Below are positions 13,986-25,923 of a DNA stretch of 64,000 nt, piece by piece. Location: NCBI GenBank assembly GCA_013265495.1, contig MU057632.1, positions 852,054 through 916,053 of the forward strand. The letters run 5' to 3'. How positions within the stretch are numbered: the stretch's first letter is position 1; each line of letters opens with the position of its first letter. This DNA is from Vicugna vicugna. Lineage: Eukaryota. The notes under the pieces were generated by a model, which worked only from the letters and a program-made list of their open reading frames with translations, searched no databases and was not told the origin of the DNA. Both the position numbers and the translations under genes were made by a program.

Positions 13986-16900
13986 TCTCTGAATCGCTAC
14001 TCTGAGCAGAAACCAGCCCTAGCCACCCCTTCAAGTGCAGGTGAAATAATTTCAGCCCAGGTAAAGTGCAGCCTCTACTCATCTAAATGAAACACTTACG
14101 TTAGATTTGAATTTTCAGTCACCCCTAATCCCTTCACTTACCTCAATGCATCTAATCATTTCTTTACCTTATAGAGTGTTGAGCTTGGGATGGATTTTTT
14201 TCACTATGATGTGAAATAACGCAGCTCAGGAAGATATCAAATGGCAGTTAAGTTTTGTTAAGCAAGATCATTTTGAAGCAGGTCTTTCCAGGTGGGGCCT
14301 GAGGCCTCACACCCACCCTGAGTGGGGCCAGGGTCTCCCGGGGCAGTGACCCCACTGGCCTCAGCTAGAACCTGGGGGTGGGGTCCTGCCCACCTCCCAC
14401 CATGGTTGGAGGACCTTGGGTTTATTCACTGACCTTTATTCATTTTATTCACTGACCTAAAAGAAACAGGTTGCCTTCCAGCAGGCAGAACTTCTTCTGC
14501 CCCTGAGTGTCAAATACTTTGTTCTTGTGATCGCTAAGGCAAGTTTAGAACCTGGGTTTTGTGAGCCCTTTCTGACGGCCTTGACTGAGGCAAGGCCTGA
14601 GTAATGAAAAGCTCAGAAGAACCCAGTTAAAAATAAGACTTCTGACATTATAAAGAGGATCATTCCATATCGAAGGCCCTTTTCGACAATTGGTGTATGA
14701 TGTCCTTGAAATGTACCTTCTCAAAGAACGTCTCATGTCATCACCAATTAGATTTAGGGGGTTAATATACTCTTTAAAATTGTATGTAAAATTTGGTGTG
14801 CATAAGGACTTTCCTGTGGAGAGCCTACTGCTTCCTTTATTTCCCTGAAGGGCCCATGATCTCTCTCCAAATTAAGAAGAAATGATTCAAGAGTCTGGAT
14901 GGAGTGACTCGGGCTGGGACCCTGCTAGAGTGCCTTGCTGCGCCACCAGAATTGTCCTGTCCCTCAGGTCCTCAGCCTCAGTGGTGGGCTTTTACCAAGA
15001 TCCCCCATATAAGCTAGACACTTAGGAAATGAAGAAACTATACTCAGAGAAAATGAGCTTTGTGATTTCATACTGAGGGCAAGGGGATTCATGTTAGAAA
15101 GCACTTTTGTGAGCTTTCAAGACTCTAGTAAATCATATTCTAAAAAGCCTTCAATGTCAAGAGGGAAGACGAGCACTATACATACATGAGCCACTGTTCC
15201 CTGAAGCATGCCTTGATTTTAATGCCATTTGCTAAAAGGGAAAATGCAGGAAAAAATCATAAACTTCATATAACCTAAATAGGTTATTAGAAAATATCAA
15301 TCTTAAATAAATGTAAAACAAACATAAATAAAAATGCTGAAATAGAAGAAAAACCTCAAAGTGGATAATAAAAAAAAAAATGTTCCAATTTGGACCTGCT
15401 TAGAAGTTAAGAAGAAGCTTCCAGGCCTAAGCGTTCTCTAGAAAAAAAAAAAAAAGAATAAAGGCAAAAAAATTATCGCAAGGTTCACAGCTTCTTGCTA
15501 CCAAAAAGACTTCAAAAGCTTTCAGTCAGTCTAAAATACATGACGAATGTTATTCTATTGAAAACGTGTTAGAACCCACCATCTATTACAATCAATATGC
15601 CTCCCTTTCCTGAAGTCAGCTTAAAAATTTGTTCAATGTTTAGAATTTGTCAGAATTTATCTCCCAGGTCTTGAAAACTTACACAACTCATATAGAACCT
15701 TCTTTGAAACAACCAATTTAAATTAACTAGACATTCAAAATGTGGGGTTACATTTCTACAACAAATTGACCAACTCCTTATACGAATAATGACCAAAGAT
15801 GGCTTACTTCAAGCAAGCTGTCCAAAACCTAAACCCATGTCACTATCCTGCAATCTACAGGCAAGACACTATGCACTGTAAAAGTCTTCTTAATTATTAA
15901 TATGATCATATTTATAAGATAATCACTAATTCTTTCATTGATTTCTCTGGGTTGATATATAACTTCCCAATCTCCCTGGACTTAGAAATTTGAGACCAGG
16001 AAGTATTTATTTATTAAAGTGTGTGGATTCCCTGGAGAAGTGTGGGGAAGAAGATATATGTGCTGTTCACTGAGATTTATCTTGTCTTTGTTTCCCAAAT
16101 GACTTCCTTCACTCCTCTAACAGAACTCTCCTCAGGAACATTCCCAGGCCAAACCTGAAAATGAAAACATCTCCTTCTCCTAGAGAGCTTTCCAGTCATG
16201 TGCAATGACTAACAACATCACGTAAAGTCAGAAAGCCAGAAGAGGCTTGAGCGGACTATCTTCTGCATGATGGAGAACTACTTTACTGATAAACCTATCA
16301 CCTTCCTATGTGCATGTGTAGAGACAATAAATCAGGCAGCCTGGTTCCTCAGAGCTCCACAGAGAAGTTGATCCCACTGGGCATCTCTCCTTACTCAGGC
16401 ACAGGTGGGTGGGAGAGGGGACCACCACAGCTTCCACCTTCCCCTCCTAAACGTAGCTGTCTGTCACCAAGACCCAGTGACTATGACCTTGAACACCAGA
16501 CTCACGGTCTTGATCTCCAGCAATGATTAGCCACTCTGCAAGCACACGGCTCAATTGGTAATAAGATCCTTCTATTCTCCCGAAAACACATGTTTAGTTC
16601 GTCTAGACCCATGGACAGGCAGCCATCCCATTCACACTTTCACCAGGGGGGAGGGGATGGAAGCGTCTTCTTGGATCTTACACCTGCCCTCAGCAGAAAG
16701 TGGACCTCTGGAAAGTCATCTGCTGAGAAGAGCAGGCAGGAGCCTCCCTCTGTGCCCTCCCAGCACCTGGACCTGAGCAGGAGGAGAGCTCGGATCTCTG
16801 CATCCAGCATCCTCCCTGCACCTCATCCGGTGCGGCAGGACCCGGGATGCTCTGGCTCCTCCCAAGGCGGGCAGTATGCCAGCAGGTGCCCTCAGGACAC

Positions 16901-17921
16901 CTCAAACTCACTCAATGCCCATTTGGCAAAAGAGTTCCAACGGAGCCAAGATGATTTACCAGTTTAACGTAAAAGAGCCACCATCTCCCTTTCAAAACAG
17001 CCTTAGCTGCTAACACACTGTGAAGGAAAGGAAAAACTCAAAGAACTCTACTGCTTCCCTTTACCAAGAAAACTGTATACCCTTACACATTTAGCAGGAG
17101 GGTCTTTTTGGGCACAGAAATCTTCAGATGATCTTGAGCACCTGAAAAACGCTATGCCACTCCCACTGAGAATAACAGCAGAGTCCTTTATCAAATTGGC
17201 AGAGCAGACTCAAGGGCAGAGGGGTTAGCCACTCTGTCACCCAAGGTCGCACACTGGAATCTCTAACCCAGAGGACTGTGTTTCGCGTCCCTTCTTTCTG
17301 TCTGGGTTCTCTGTTCCCCCTTTCTGAGCAGTTTTCCTTTTAGTCTACAGCTTAATGTCACACAGAAACACAGGCATTTCGGTGCTGTGCTCTAAAATCA
17401 GGGCTGTCGGTCAGGGGAAACCAAGCCTCAGCAGTCTTTGTCTCAAGACTTCAAAACAACAATCTCTACATAAACTGATGTCTTTCTGTTTTTGAGAAGA
17501 TTAAGCTATGAAGCCTTCTAATAACTTAGGTAAAATTCAGTAAGCAGGGAAAACAACTCTCTTCAGTCAATCAGAGAAGGAACCTACATCCTTTCTGGAT
17601 TAACTGTATGTTTTCCATATATCAAGTTCAGAGTTAAATACTAAATCATAGACAACTAAACATACACTTCAGATATTCATTTAAAAGCTGAAACAGGAAA
17701 GAAACTTCATACAATGCAACTAGACAATCACTACTGCATTCTAAAATGATAATACATTTGTGTCATTTCCATATTCAAAGCAAAATATTCCTTCTTCTCC
17801 ACCGATAGTTAGAATCTAAATGAAGCATTTGGCTATCTTCCTCTTTGGATAATTAAACAATATAGCCCATTAATTTTAGATATGTGCATATGCATAAGAT
17901 GCATTGGAGAGGTTAGTTTAC

Positions 17922-17975
17922 CTGTTCCTGAGGGCAACGTATGAAGTCGTAGAAACTGCAGAAACCCACAAACAT
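17922..17975 (-). other. RIMS1: Candidate RIMS1 internal alternative first exon (ATG to donor), apparently frameshifted
   Basis: ATGTTTGTGGGTTTCTGCAGTTTCTACGACTTCATACGTTGCCCTCAGGAACAG|gtaaac; a shifted frame reads FLQFLRLHTLPSGT, resembling the human short-isoform N-terminus MFAGFLQFLLLHTLHSGT (recalled, not verified). Confidence 0.7.
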
Positions 17976-19529
17976 AACAGCAGCCGTCAGAGGGGTTAAA
18001 TAAAAGCTGTTGGCATCAAACCACTAAATTCTAGCTAGCAAAGGCAGCACATCCAGAACGCAATAAAAAAAATCCACCGAAATGCGCAAGAAATTTTAAA
18101 TAAAATCCCCTGTGGTCCCTGCATTCTAAATCGAAACCCCCCAACCAAAAAAAAAAAAAAAGCCTGCAGTGTCCAACGTTATACAACGGTGACACTAAAC
18201 AAGGCCATAAGTGCTGCTGTCATCAAAACAGAGCTCTGCAGTGTACAGATCTCACTGATCATCGCATCCATCTATGCTAGAGGAAAGAGGTTCCCACTGG
18301 AGCAAACACCATAGCTCCGGTAGGTCCCTTCATTAACCCTTTCCTGAAACAATGCATAGAAGATGCTACCTTCCTGCAGGCAGAGATGTGAAATGCAGTG
18401 GTCCCTGAGACCCAGGCGGAAGCTTCAAAAGCTCCTCCTTTCATCCCCGCCCCCAACCCCCCTCCACCCGGTGACTTTCAGGAGCTCTCCAGGGGCAAAC
18501 ATAACAAAGGCCAGCAAGACCCCTCCTGGCTCGTGGACCCCAGAAGGCTCACCTGGAATGGTCTGATCTCATCCTCACTCACTGGCAGTGGTCCTGCCAA
18601 GCCCTAGGTGACAGGTCACTTCCTCTGCGGTCCCCTATCCGAGAGCGCTTACTCAGCCAATGACTACACTGGGCACAGGGGACCGTGAACCAGAGAGCAG
18701 GAGGGACTGCTGGGAACAGGACAAAGTGCTTCTTCAGGCTGTGCTGGGACGGCGGCTGGCCTGGTGCCGATGTGGGGCTCCTCTCATGGGGGCAAAAGGA
18801 CAACCCAGTCTGGGATTGCCGGGGAACTGGGGGAGGGGGGCGGTGCTCAGAGTTCCCATACTTTCAAAGACGCAGGTCTCTGATGATTGGAGTTCAGAGT
18901 CCACGAGATCCTTCTCACTGAGACACAGAATCACTGCCCTGTCATGAGGTCTCCTATAACTTAACCACCCTGTACCACGTGTTACAGAACAAAATAACAA
19001 CAAGGTAACAACAAATGAGTTGATTTGAAATCGTTACTCCTCCAATTCCATTTTTATCATGGTACATTATTCAATTTCCAGAAACAACAATGAATGATGA
19101 TACACTTCTCTGAGCTGCCAGCGAATACTACCGAAAAGTAGGGGCAGGCTCCTTCTAGTTTGTTTTAGAAAATACAACGACCAAATGATATTGAAGAAAA
19201 TAATGAAGAACCATATTTTATTTATTTAAACTAAATGCACTGTGTTTACTTAAATTATAGAGACTTGTCAAAAATAATTACTGGATAAGAAAAAAAATCA
19301 ATAGTGAACCATGAATCATCTCATCATCACCAAATCAAGTGCAAAATATATCAGTCTGAAACAAAGTAACCAATTTGAACATTTTTTCCTTTAAAAAAAT
19401 ATATTTCTTGTCTCAGAGTCTTTATTTTTTTTCCTTTTCCCCAAACTTCCAAGTATGCTTTAATAAACTGGTTTGCATAAAAAAATTGGCCAAACTGTTG
19501 CTGGTTGAGAAGAGAAAAGGAAATGAGCA

Positions 19530-19725
19530 TTAGTTGAATGAGTCTGCGCCAAATATTGTGCTTAGCAGGCTAATTTTATTTAATTCACTTATTGTTCACA
19601 GGCATACGGCAAAATCAACAGTATTTAACCCATATTACAGGTGAGGCTCAGAGAAGCTAATTACTTCGCCCAAGGTCACATGGTTTATAACTGGCAAAGC
19701 TGGGATTTGACCTTGGCTTTGTTTG
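19530..19725 (-). mobile_element. MIR-type SINE
   Basis: CCCATATTACAGGTGAGGCTCAGAGAAGCTAATTACTTCGCCCAAGGTCACA...GCTGGGATTTGACC matches the reverse MIR core. Confidence 0.7.
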
Positions 19726-20314
19726 ACTTGGAGAACCACCTGCAAACTTTTCACTACACCCCAGCCGGCAGGAGCCACTGTGATTATTTCGGTAGATTAC
19801 CTCTAAATTGTGGCAGTTTTTGTTAAAATGCCGGTGATCCAGTGTGGAAAACCGGTGAGACAGGAGGGGCCTACCATCAGCCACTTCCGTTTTGGGCATC
19901 TGGAGCCAGTGAGGATTCTCCAGAACCGCGAACGGGGCTAACTTTACACTTGCTCAAATTTGTCTCTTTCTCATCACATGCTGTCAGAAGACTTAGGGAT
20001 ATCAGGGTTTGGATGAGAAGCTGCTGGACCAACACATATACGGTGAGAGCCAGCGACCAGAGAGCCAGCACTCTCCATGACCCACGTGATCATCTCCCTG
20101 AGCAGAAACTGACACCCTGTAATTGCATCTGATTGAAATGTAAGAATCTATGGAACTCACAGGCTGTGGAGGCGAAAAGCCAATTGAATTAAACCCCTTA
20201 ATACCCTGCATGTGGCTATGACGGAGCCTGAGCTTTGAGATATTTCTTTTTTTCTCACTTATCATCTGAAATGGGTTTATTTCAAGTTATAAAATCATAT
20301 GAATGCTAGTAATC

Positions 20315-20460
20315 AGTGGGGAGGGTACAGCTCAGTGGTAGAGTGCGTGCTTAGCATGCACGAGGTCCTGGGTTCAGTCCTCAGTACCTCCATTTAACAA
20401 ATAAATAAGGAAGCCTAATTAACTCCCCCCAAAAAAAATAATAAAAAAAGAAAAAACTGG
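20315..20460 (+). mobile_element. Vic-1-like SINE
   Basis: tRNA-like head and A tail; TSD TGAATGCTAG(T/C)AATC at 20300-20314 and 20461-20475. Confidence 0.9.
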
Positions 20461-20683
20461 TGAATGCTAGCAATCTAGTATCTGTCCCTCATTCTGTCTG
20501 ATAAATTTATATTAATTTGGTGTAATTCTCTTCAGTGCCTGATATGGTCGCAAACTGTATTTCTAACAAAAGATGCTTGATAAACCAAGCGCAGTCTCTG
20601 AGACAGCACACACAGCTTCTGCAATTACAGAATCAAAACAGACAATCAGTCACTATCAGAGGGGGCTAATGTTGACCTTATTT

Positions 20684-20895
20684 TTTTTAATTTTTGTTTT
20701 TTATTGAAGTATAATAGATTTACAATGTCAGTTTCATGTGTACAGCAAAGTGAATCAGTTATACATACTATATCATTACTATCTATAAAATAGATAAGCA
20801 ACAAGGACCTACTGGGTAGCCCAGGGAACTATATTCCATTTCCTGTAGTAACATACAATGGAAAAGAATCTGAAAAAGAAAAATATATGTACATA
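20684..20895 (-). mobile_element. Short L1 3' end with 5' inversion
   Basis: Minus-oriented tail then plus-oriented adjacent segment; 16-bp TSD AATGTTGACCTTATTT at 20668-20683 and 20896-20911. Confidence 0.88.
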
Positions 20896-21849
20896 AATGT
20901 TGACCTTATTTAAAAAGACCCTTTCACTTACATCTGGGTACCACATCCTCTGAGACCCCAAATACAGTAACGAGTGTTCTTCACTGAGGCCACTGTCCAC
21001 ATGTAAGTAGGAAGAAATCCTGTTTTCATACGTCAACTCAGAAATTTGTATTAACAATAGTCCCTGATTTAAAAAATTTCTACCACTTTGTCCATTTTGA
21101 GCCACCTGTATCCCTCTCTGGGGTTATGTGTTTTTGTAGCCTCCCATTCAGCTGGGATTCCACAGCCACTCAAAGACCAGCAGACTAATTTCTCTTAGGA
21201 GACAACAGATACAACCAAACATTAACTGTGGTTTTGAGCGTGCTTCACATATACGACTGACCTTGTATTGGGGTCTAGGTCAAAACCTATGTGTGCACAA
21301 AGGTTTCAGCTCTCTCCCAAGAACTCAGGATCCATTATTTAGAAAAAGTGCCCCAAACTTCCAATTTGGGACTGATTTCCCACTAAGAATGACTCCAATT
21401 TGTCATATATTTATCATTCTTTGTATTAACATGAGATTGCACAGCACAGAATACACTGACTACACACAAAACTCATGCACAACTAGCAAGCAGGTATTGT
21501 TTGCCCTTATTGTCAGAGAACTTTGACATTCTAACTGTTACATCTTTCTCAACTTGGCGACTGTGCAAGAAAATAAATCACAAATATGATTAATCATCTT
21601 ACAATCTCTTGGGCCATATTGCAAATGGAACCATCTCTTTCAGGGAAAAAGGCTGATGGTAAGAGTTGGTAGCTGGCCACTTTGCTCTGTTGAGAAAATG
21701 GAACGAAATCACATCCTACCTGACACACACCAGGGATATTTACACCAGAAAAATGGATAGAGAGGGGGTGTTAAAGGTAGGTTTGTGTCCAATTGGAAGG
21801 GCTAACAAAGTGGTGTCCCCGGGCCCCAGACACACCGTCTCATGCTTAC

Positions 21850-21949
21850 CGGCACCTGCTCGTCCGGCCTCCATCGTTCCCTCTTCGGAATCAACAGACC
21901 TCACTGCTTCCCACCCTTCTGCAGAGACGGGTACCCCAGGTGCACCCAT
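21850..21949 (-). CDS. RIMS1: RIMS1 internal alternative first coding exon, MGAPGVPVSAEGWEAVRSVDSEEGTMEAGRAGA(G)
   Basis: GCAATGG start context; 33 codons + 1 nt, then strong donor G|gtaagc; phase 1 matches the acceptor at 800; resembles the human isoform N-terminus MCAPGIHVSSEGWEEVRSVDSEEGTIEARRAVA (recalled). Confidence 0.85.
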
Positions 21950-22480
21950 TGCAGCAGCCTCTCCAAAAAAAGCCAGCCTGGGGATTTGCAGGCTTGCTCT
22001 TAAAGAAATTCAAGATCGGATCTCGAGGAGCTCAATCAAGAGTGCTTCCTCTACCACTGGGCTTGGATCGCTGGACCACGGTGACCACCCGGAGGTCAGA
22101 AGCAGCCAAGAATGGAAACAAAGGAGAGACTGGCGTGCGAATCAGACAGTCCCTTTGCGTGGCTGGCTCAGGGCATCTCCAGCACCCACGGCTGTGAGAG
22201 GGCTGCTTGGATGGAAGATGGGACACCGCCTCGGTGGGCCTGGTGGTGGAGGGACTGGTAACATTTACAGAGCAAGAACATATTGGCATCTCTGTTGGGT
22301 TTTAACCAGATCCACAGGATTCAGGAAATGAGCTCCCTGCCAGATGACACTCCGCTCCCAGCCATCCCTTCTGTTGACTGAGCCCCCAGATTACTCTAAC
22401 TAGTGTCCTTTCTCCTGCTGCGAGCGGAGTCGTGGAGAGGGCTAAATAAAGGGTTTTTATGACAACACAATGGCCATTCG
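21950..22480 (-). promoter_or_regulatory. Putative 5'UTR/internal promoter of the alternative first exon
   Basis: Repeat-free, GC- and CpG-elevated stretch directly upstream of the ATG; CATAAAA TATA-like word near 22455-22461 on minus; TSS not determinable. Confidence 0.45.
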
Positions 22481-22743
22481 CCCAGAAGATGATTTCTTAA
22501 AATCTAACTCTTCTGCTTTGGTTCAGGACTATTAAAATCAATTAAATGAGAACGTTTTCTTGTTATTGTATCTCTGATTTGTGGAGGGAAAAAAAGTTTC
22601 ATTTCATCCTGAAGAAATAGCTGAAATTAGGCTATTTTTGTACATGCCATATATTCTTTACATGATAGGTTTCTCCTATTACATGAAGCTTTAAAGGCAG
22701 ATTGCCTCTGCCTATTGCTGTATTTTCCTAGCAGAGGCAAATT

Positions 22744-22745
<2 letters not shown>

Positions 22746-22778
<33 letters not shown>
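22746..22778. repeat. (GT)n microsatellite
   Basis: Directly visible, uninterrupted. Confidence 0.95.
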
Positions 22779-22781
<3 letters not shown>

Positions 22782-22947
22782 CAGTGCTGGGATTTCTTCC
22801 TACTATACGTGACACGTACCACATTTCCAGACTGAAGAGCTACAGTTTCTTTCAGATGAGACGCATACTTCTACTTTATGGGGAAAGAAAAGGACGTAAG
22901 GAATTATATTTTTCCTCTACCAGAACTAAAACCACAGGTTCACATAA

Positions 22948-23172
22948 TTTTATTATTGTCGATTTACAATGTTGTATTTGTTTCTGGCGTATACTGTAGT
23001 AATTAAGTTATACATATACATGCATATTCCTTTTCATAGCCTTTTCCATTATAGGTTATTACAAGATATTGAATATAGTGCCCTGTGCTATATAGCAGGG
23101 CCATGTTGTTTATCTATTTTATATATAGTACTGTGTATCTGCTAATCCTGAACTCCCAATTTATCTCTCCCC
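22948..23172 (-). mobile_element. L1 3' end fragment
   Basis: TTTACAATGTTGT...ATATAGTGCCCTGTGCTATA...TATCTGCTAATCC, reverse of the 13741 type. Confidence 0.82.
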
Positions 23173-23211
23173 TATATAATTTTAATTTAAGCATATTTTA
23201 AAATTTATCTT

Positions 23212-23420
23212 TATTTTTTAAAAAATTTTATTGAGTTATATAGTCAGTTTACACCATTGTGTTAGTTTCTGGTGTACAGCACAATTTTTCAGTCATACAT
23301 GAACATACATATATTCATTTTCATATTCTTTTTCACCACGAGCTACCACAAGATCTTGAAAATACTCCCCTATACAGTATAAACTTGCTTATCTATTCTA
23401 TATATACCTGTCAGTATCTT
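23212..23420 (-). mobile_element. L1 3' end fragment (variant subfamily)
   Basis: TTTATTGAG...GTTAGTTTCTGGTGTACAGCA...TTTCATATTCTTTTT. Confidence 0.8.
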
Positions 23421-25684
23421 ATTCTGCTGATAATCAATACTTTTTTGGATTTTAAATGAAAATGTTATAAATCATAAAAACAACGTATCTGCATGTATTT
23501 CATATTTCTAAAAGCACATTCATGTGCCTTAAAGTAACTCAAAGCTGCTCATCACGGATTGCATTACAAGACAATCAGCCATTTGTAGAAACAGACAAGG
23601 CGTGTATACAAGGCGTGATCTGTCCTGGAAACTAAATTCCTAAATCATCAACCTAAGGTTTCTACTTCACCAAACTTTTATTTCTAAATTAAACTTCAGT
23701 ACTAATAGGACAGACAGAAAGTAGAGATAAAACTTACTACAGTCAAATGCCAATGTTGTTAATGTTGCAATATTAATCACACACAGTACCCTGGAAATTA
23801 GCGGGGGTGGTTTCCTCCGCAGTCCTAGTAATTAATACCAAAAAAAAAATCTGATTTCAAATCACAAATCTTTTATTAGTGCACTTTGAAGTAATAATCA
23901 ATACTGTACTGAACTTCTAAGTTCTACACTATACCAGCATATTAAGGAAAGGAGGCCTGAAACACAGTATGGTAAATGTATACATTACTCCCCAACTCTC
24001 ACAAGTCCTTTCTTTCAACAGTTTGAGAACCTTCTCTACTCATTACAGCTGACTTGTCTATGTATTGAATTCTACTGCTCACGGTCATATCTTACAGAAA
24101 ATGCATGGTACACTGCCACATAGACAAATATATCGAGTAATTTTAAATAGTGAAGTTATAAACTAGATTGTAAACTCTTGATGGGTTGTAAATAAAGCAT
24201 CTAACTCTGCGGGGCTACAGACTGAAGATCATCCAGTTGGAAATAACACACTGCTACTCTCTCCAATGGTTTTATCGTTTTGTGAGCCACACTGTATTGT
24301 ATTGATGCATCAGCACTTAAGAATCTACAGCAGGACAAACAGTGGGCAGAAGAGGGTACATACATTGTCTTCCAGCCTGTATATGGGTGAACCCCATATC
24401 CTCTTAGTAAAATCGAGGTTCTTTATCTTTACCATTGGTAGAACACATCCTTTGTGAAAGGCCATGCCATAAACACAAGTTCAGGTTCAATGTACCTCTT
24501 CTGAGATATTTTCATTGACTAACCCAGTCCACATAGATCTCTTCATTCTTCTCCACTTCCCTTTAGGTCTTAAAGGGAGATTCTGCACTGGACTTTATCC
24601 TTTTCTTCTTTACAAGTTTCACTGATCCCTGCATGTATCCCTTCATCATTTCTTTCCTCTAGCAAAAATTCTGAACATTGAATACATTAAGTACTAAAGT
24701 AAAGAAAAGAAAGAGACAGGCCAGGTCTCTCCCTTGGAGGTTGGGTGCTATAATTCTTCCCACAGATGAGGAAACTGAGGCATAGATATGAAAAGTGACA
24801 AATCTAGTCAGTGGCAGAGTAAGCATTTCAGTAACAGCAATAATCAAAGCTCCCCTTGTGTTAGATCACAACACCCTTACATTTGGAAACTAATGTCCCC
24901 TAGTCTCTACTATAAGGCTGCACTCTTGGCAGTTTGTGATGGAGGCAAGTGAATCCATGCCAAGTATAAAGCACGATACGCTACAGATTGAGTCCTGCAT
25001 GAGACCCCAGCGCTGTTCTGTCCTGCTCTGACCTCAGAACACCAGTTTATGGAGATGTTAACGGAGGGTTCACAGTGAAAGGAACCCTGATCACATGGAT
25101 TCAGTACACATGGCATCCATTGTATGTAGTGAGAAGTCCTGTGTTACAGACATTTCTGGCCAGTGTTAGTACTGGCCAAACTTATTGGAGCACAAACTTA
25201 TTTTTGCCAGCACACCTGCTAAACCTCTTACTGTTTTGCAGAAATACTAGTTGGAGAAATGTTACATTATTAGTTTTGTTTATTTGGATTTGTAAAGACA
25301 CTTCAAGTAACAAGAAAGGGAGGGAGGTACTGGATTCCACTGTATAGATTCAGAGTTGATGTTCAGGACCATGTCGTTCCTTGGGGAAGTTTCTGCAAGA
25401 ACAGGCACTGTTCCAGGTTCTGCTCCATCACTGGGACACCTGTGATTCTGGTGTCACAAAGCACCAGCTCAGCCCTGTCCCCTTCCTGACCCACATGGGA
25501 GTGCTTCTGTGTTAGGTCTTTCGTTTATTTAATTTGACATAACCACACTGAAACAACCATCCTAAAAGATTCTGAGCTACGATAACATAAACAACACAGA
25601 ACAAAAAAATTCCAAATGGCGTCTTCTGGGAAATCCTAATTGTATGAATCCAGACAGAATAAATCAATGCTCAGAATACAACTA

Positions 25685-25923
25685 GGGGGAGGGATAAATG
25701 AGGAGTTTGGGATTAGCAGATACACACTACTGCATATAAAGCAGATAAACTACAAGGGCCTACTGTACAGCACAGGGAACTATATTCAATTTCTTGCAAT
25801 GAGATATAATGGAAAAGAAACTATCTATATCTATATCTATATATATATATCTGAATCCTTGTGCTGTACACCTGAAACTAACAATGTAAATCAACTATAC
25901 TTCAATAAAAAAAAAAGAAAAAA
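25685..25923 (+). mobile_element. L1 3' end fragment with internal (ATATCT)n
   Basis: Colinear with 13741-13985; ends TTCAATAAAAAAAAAA. Confidence 0.85.
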
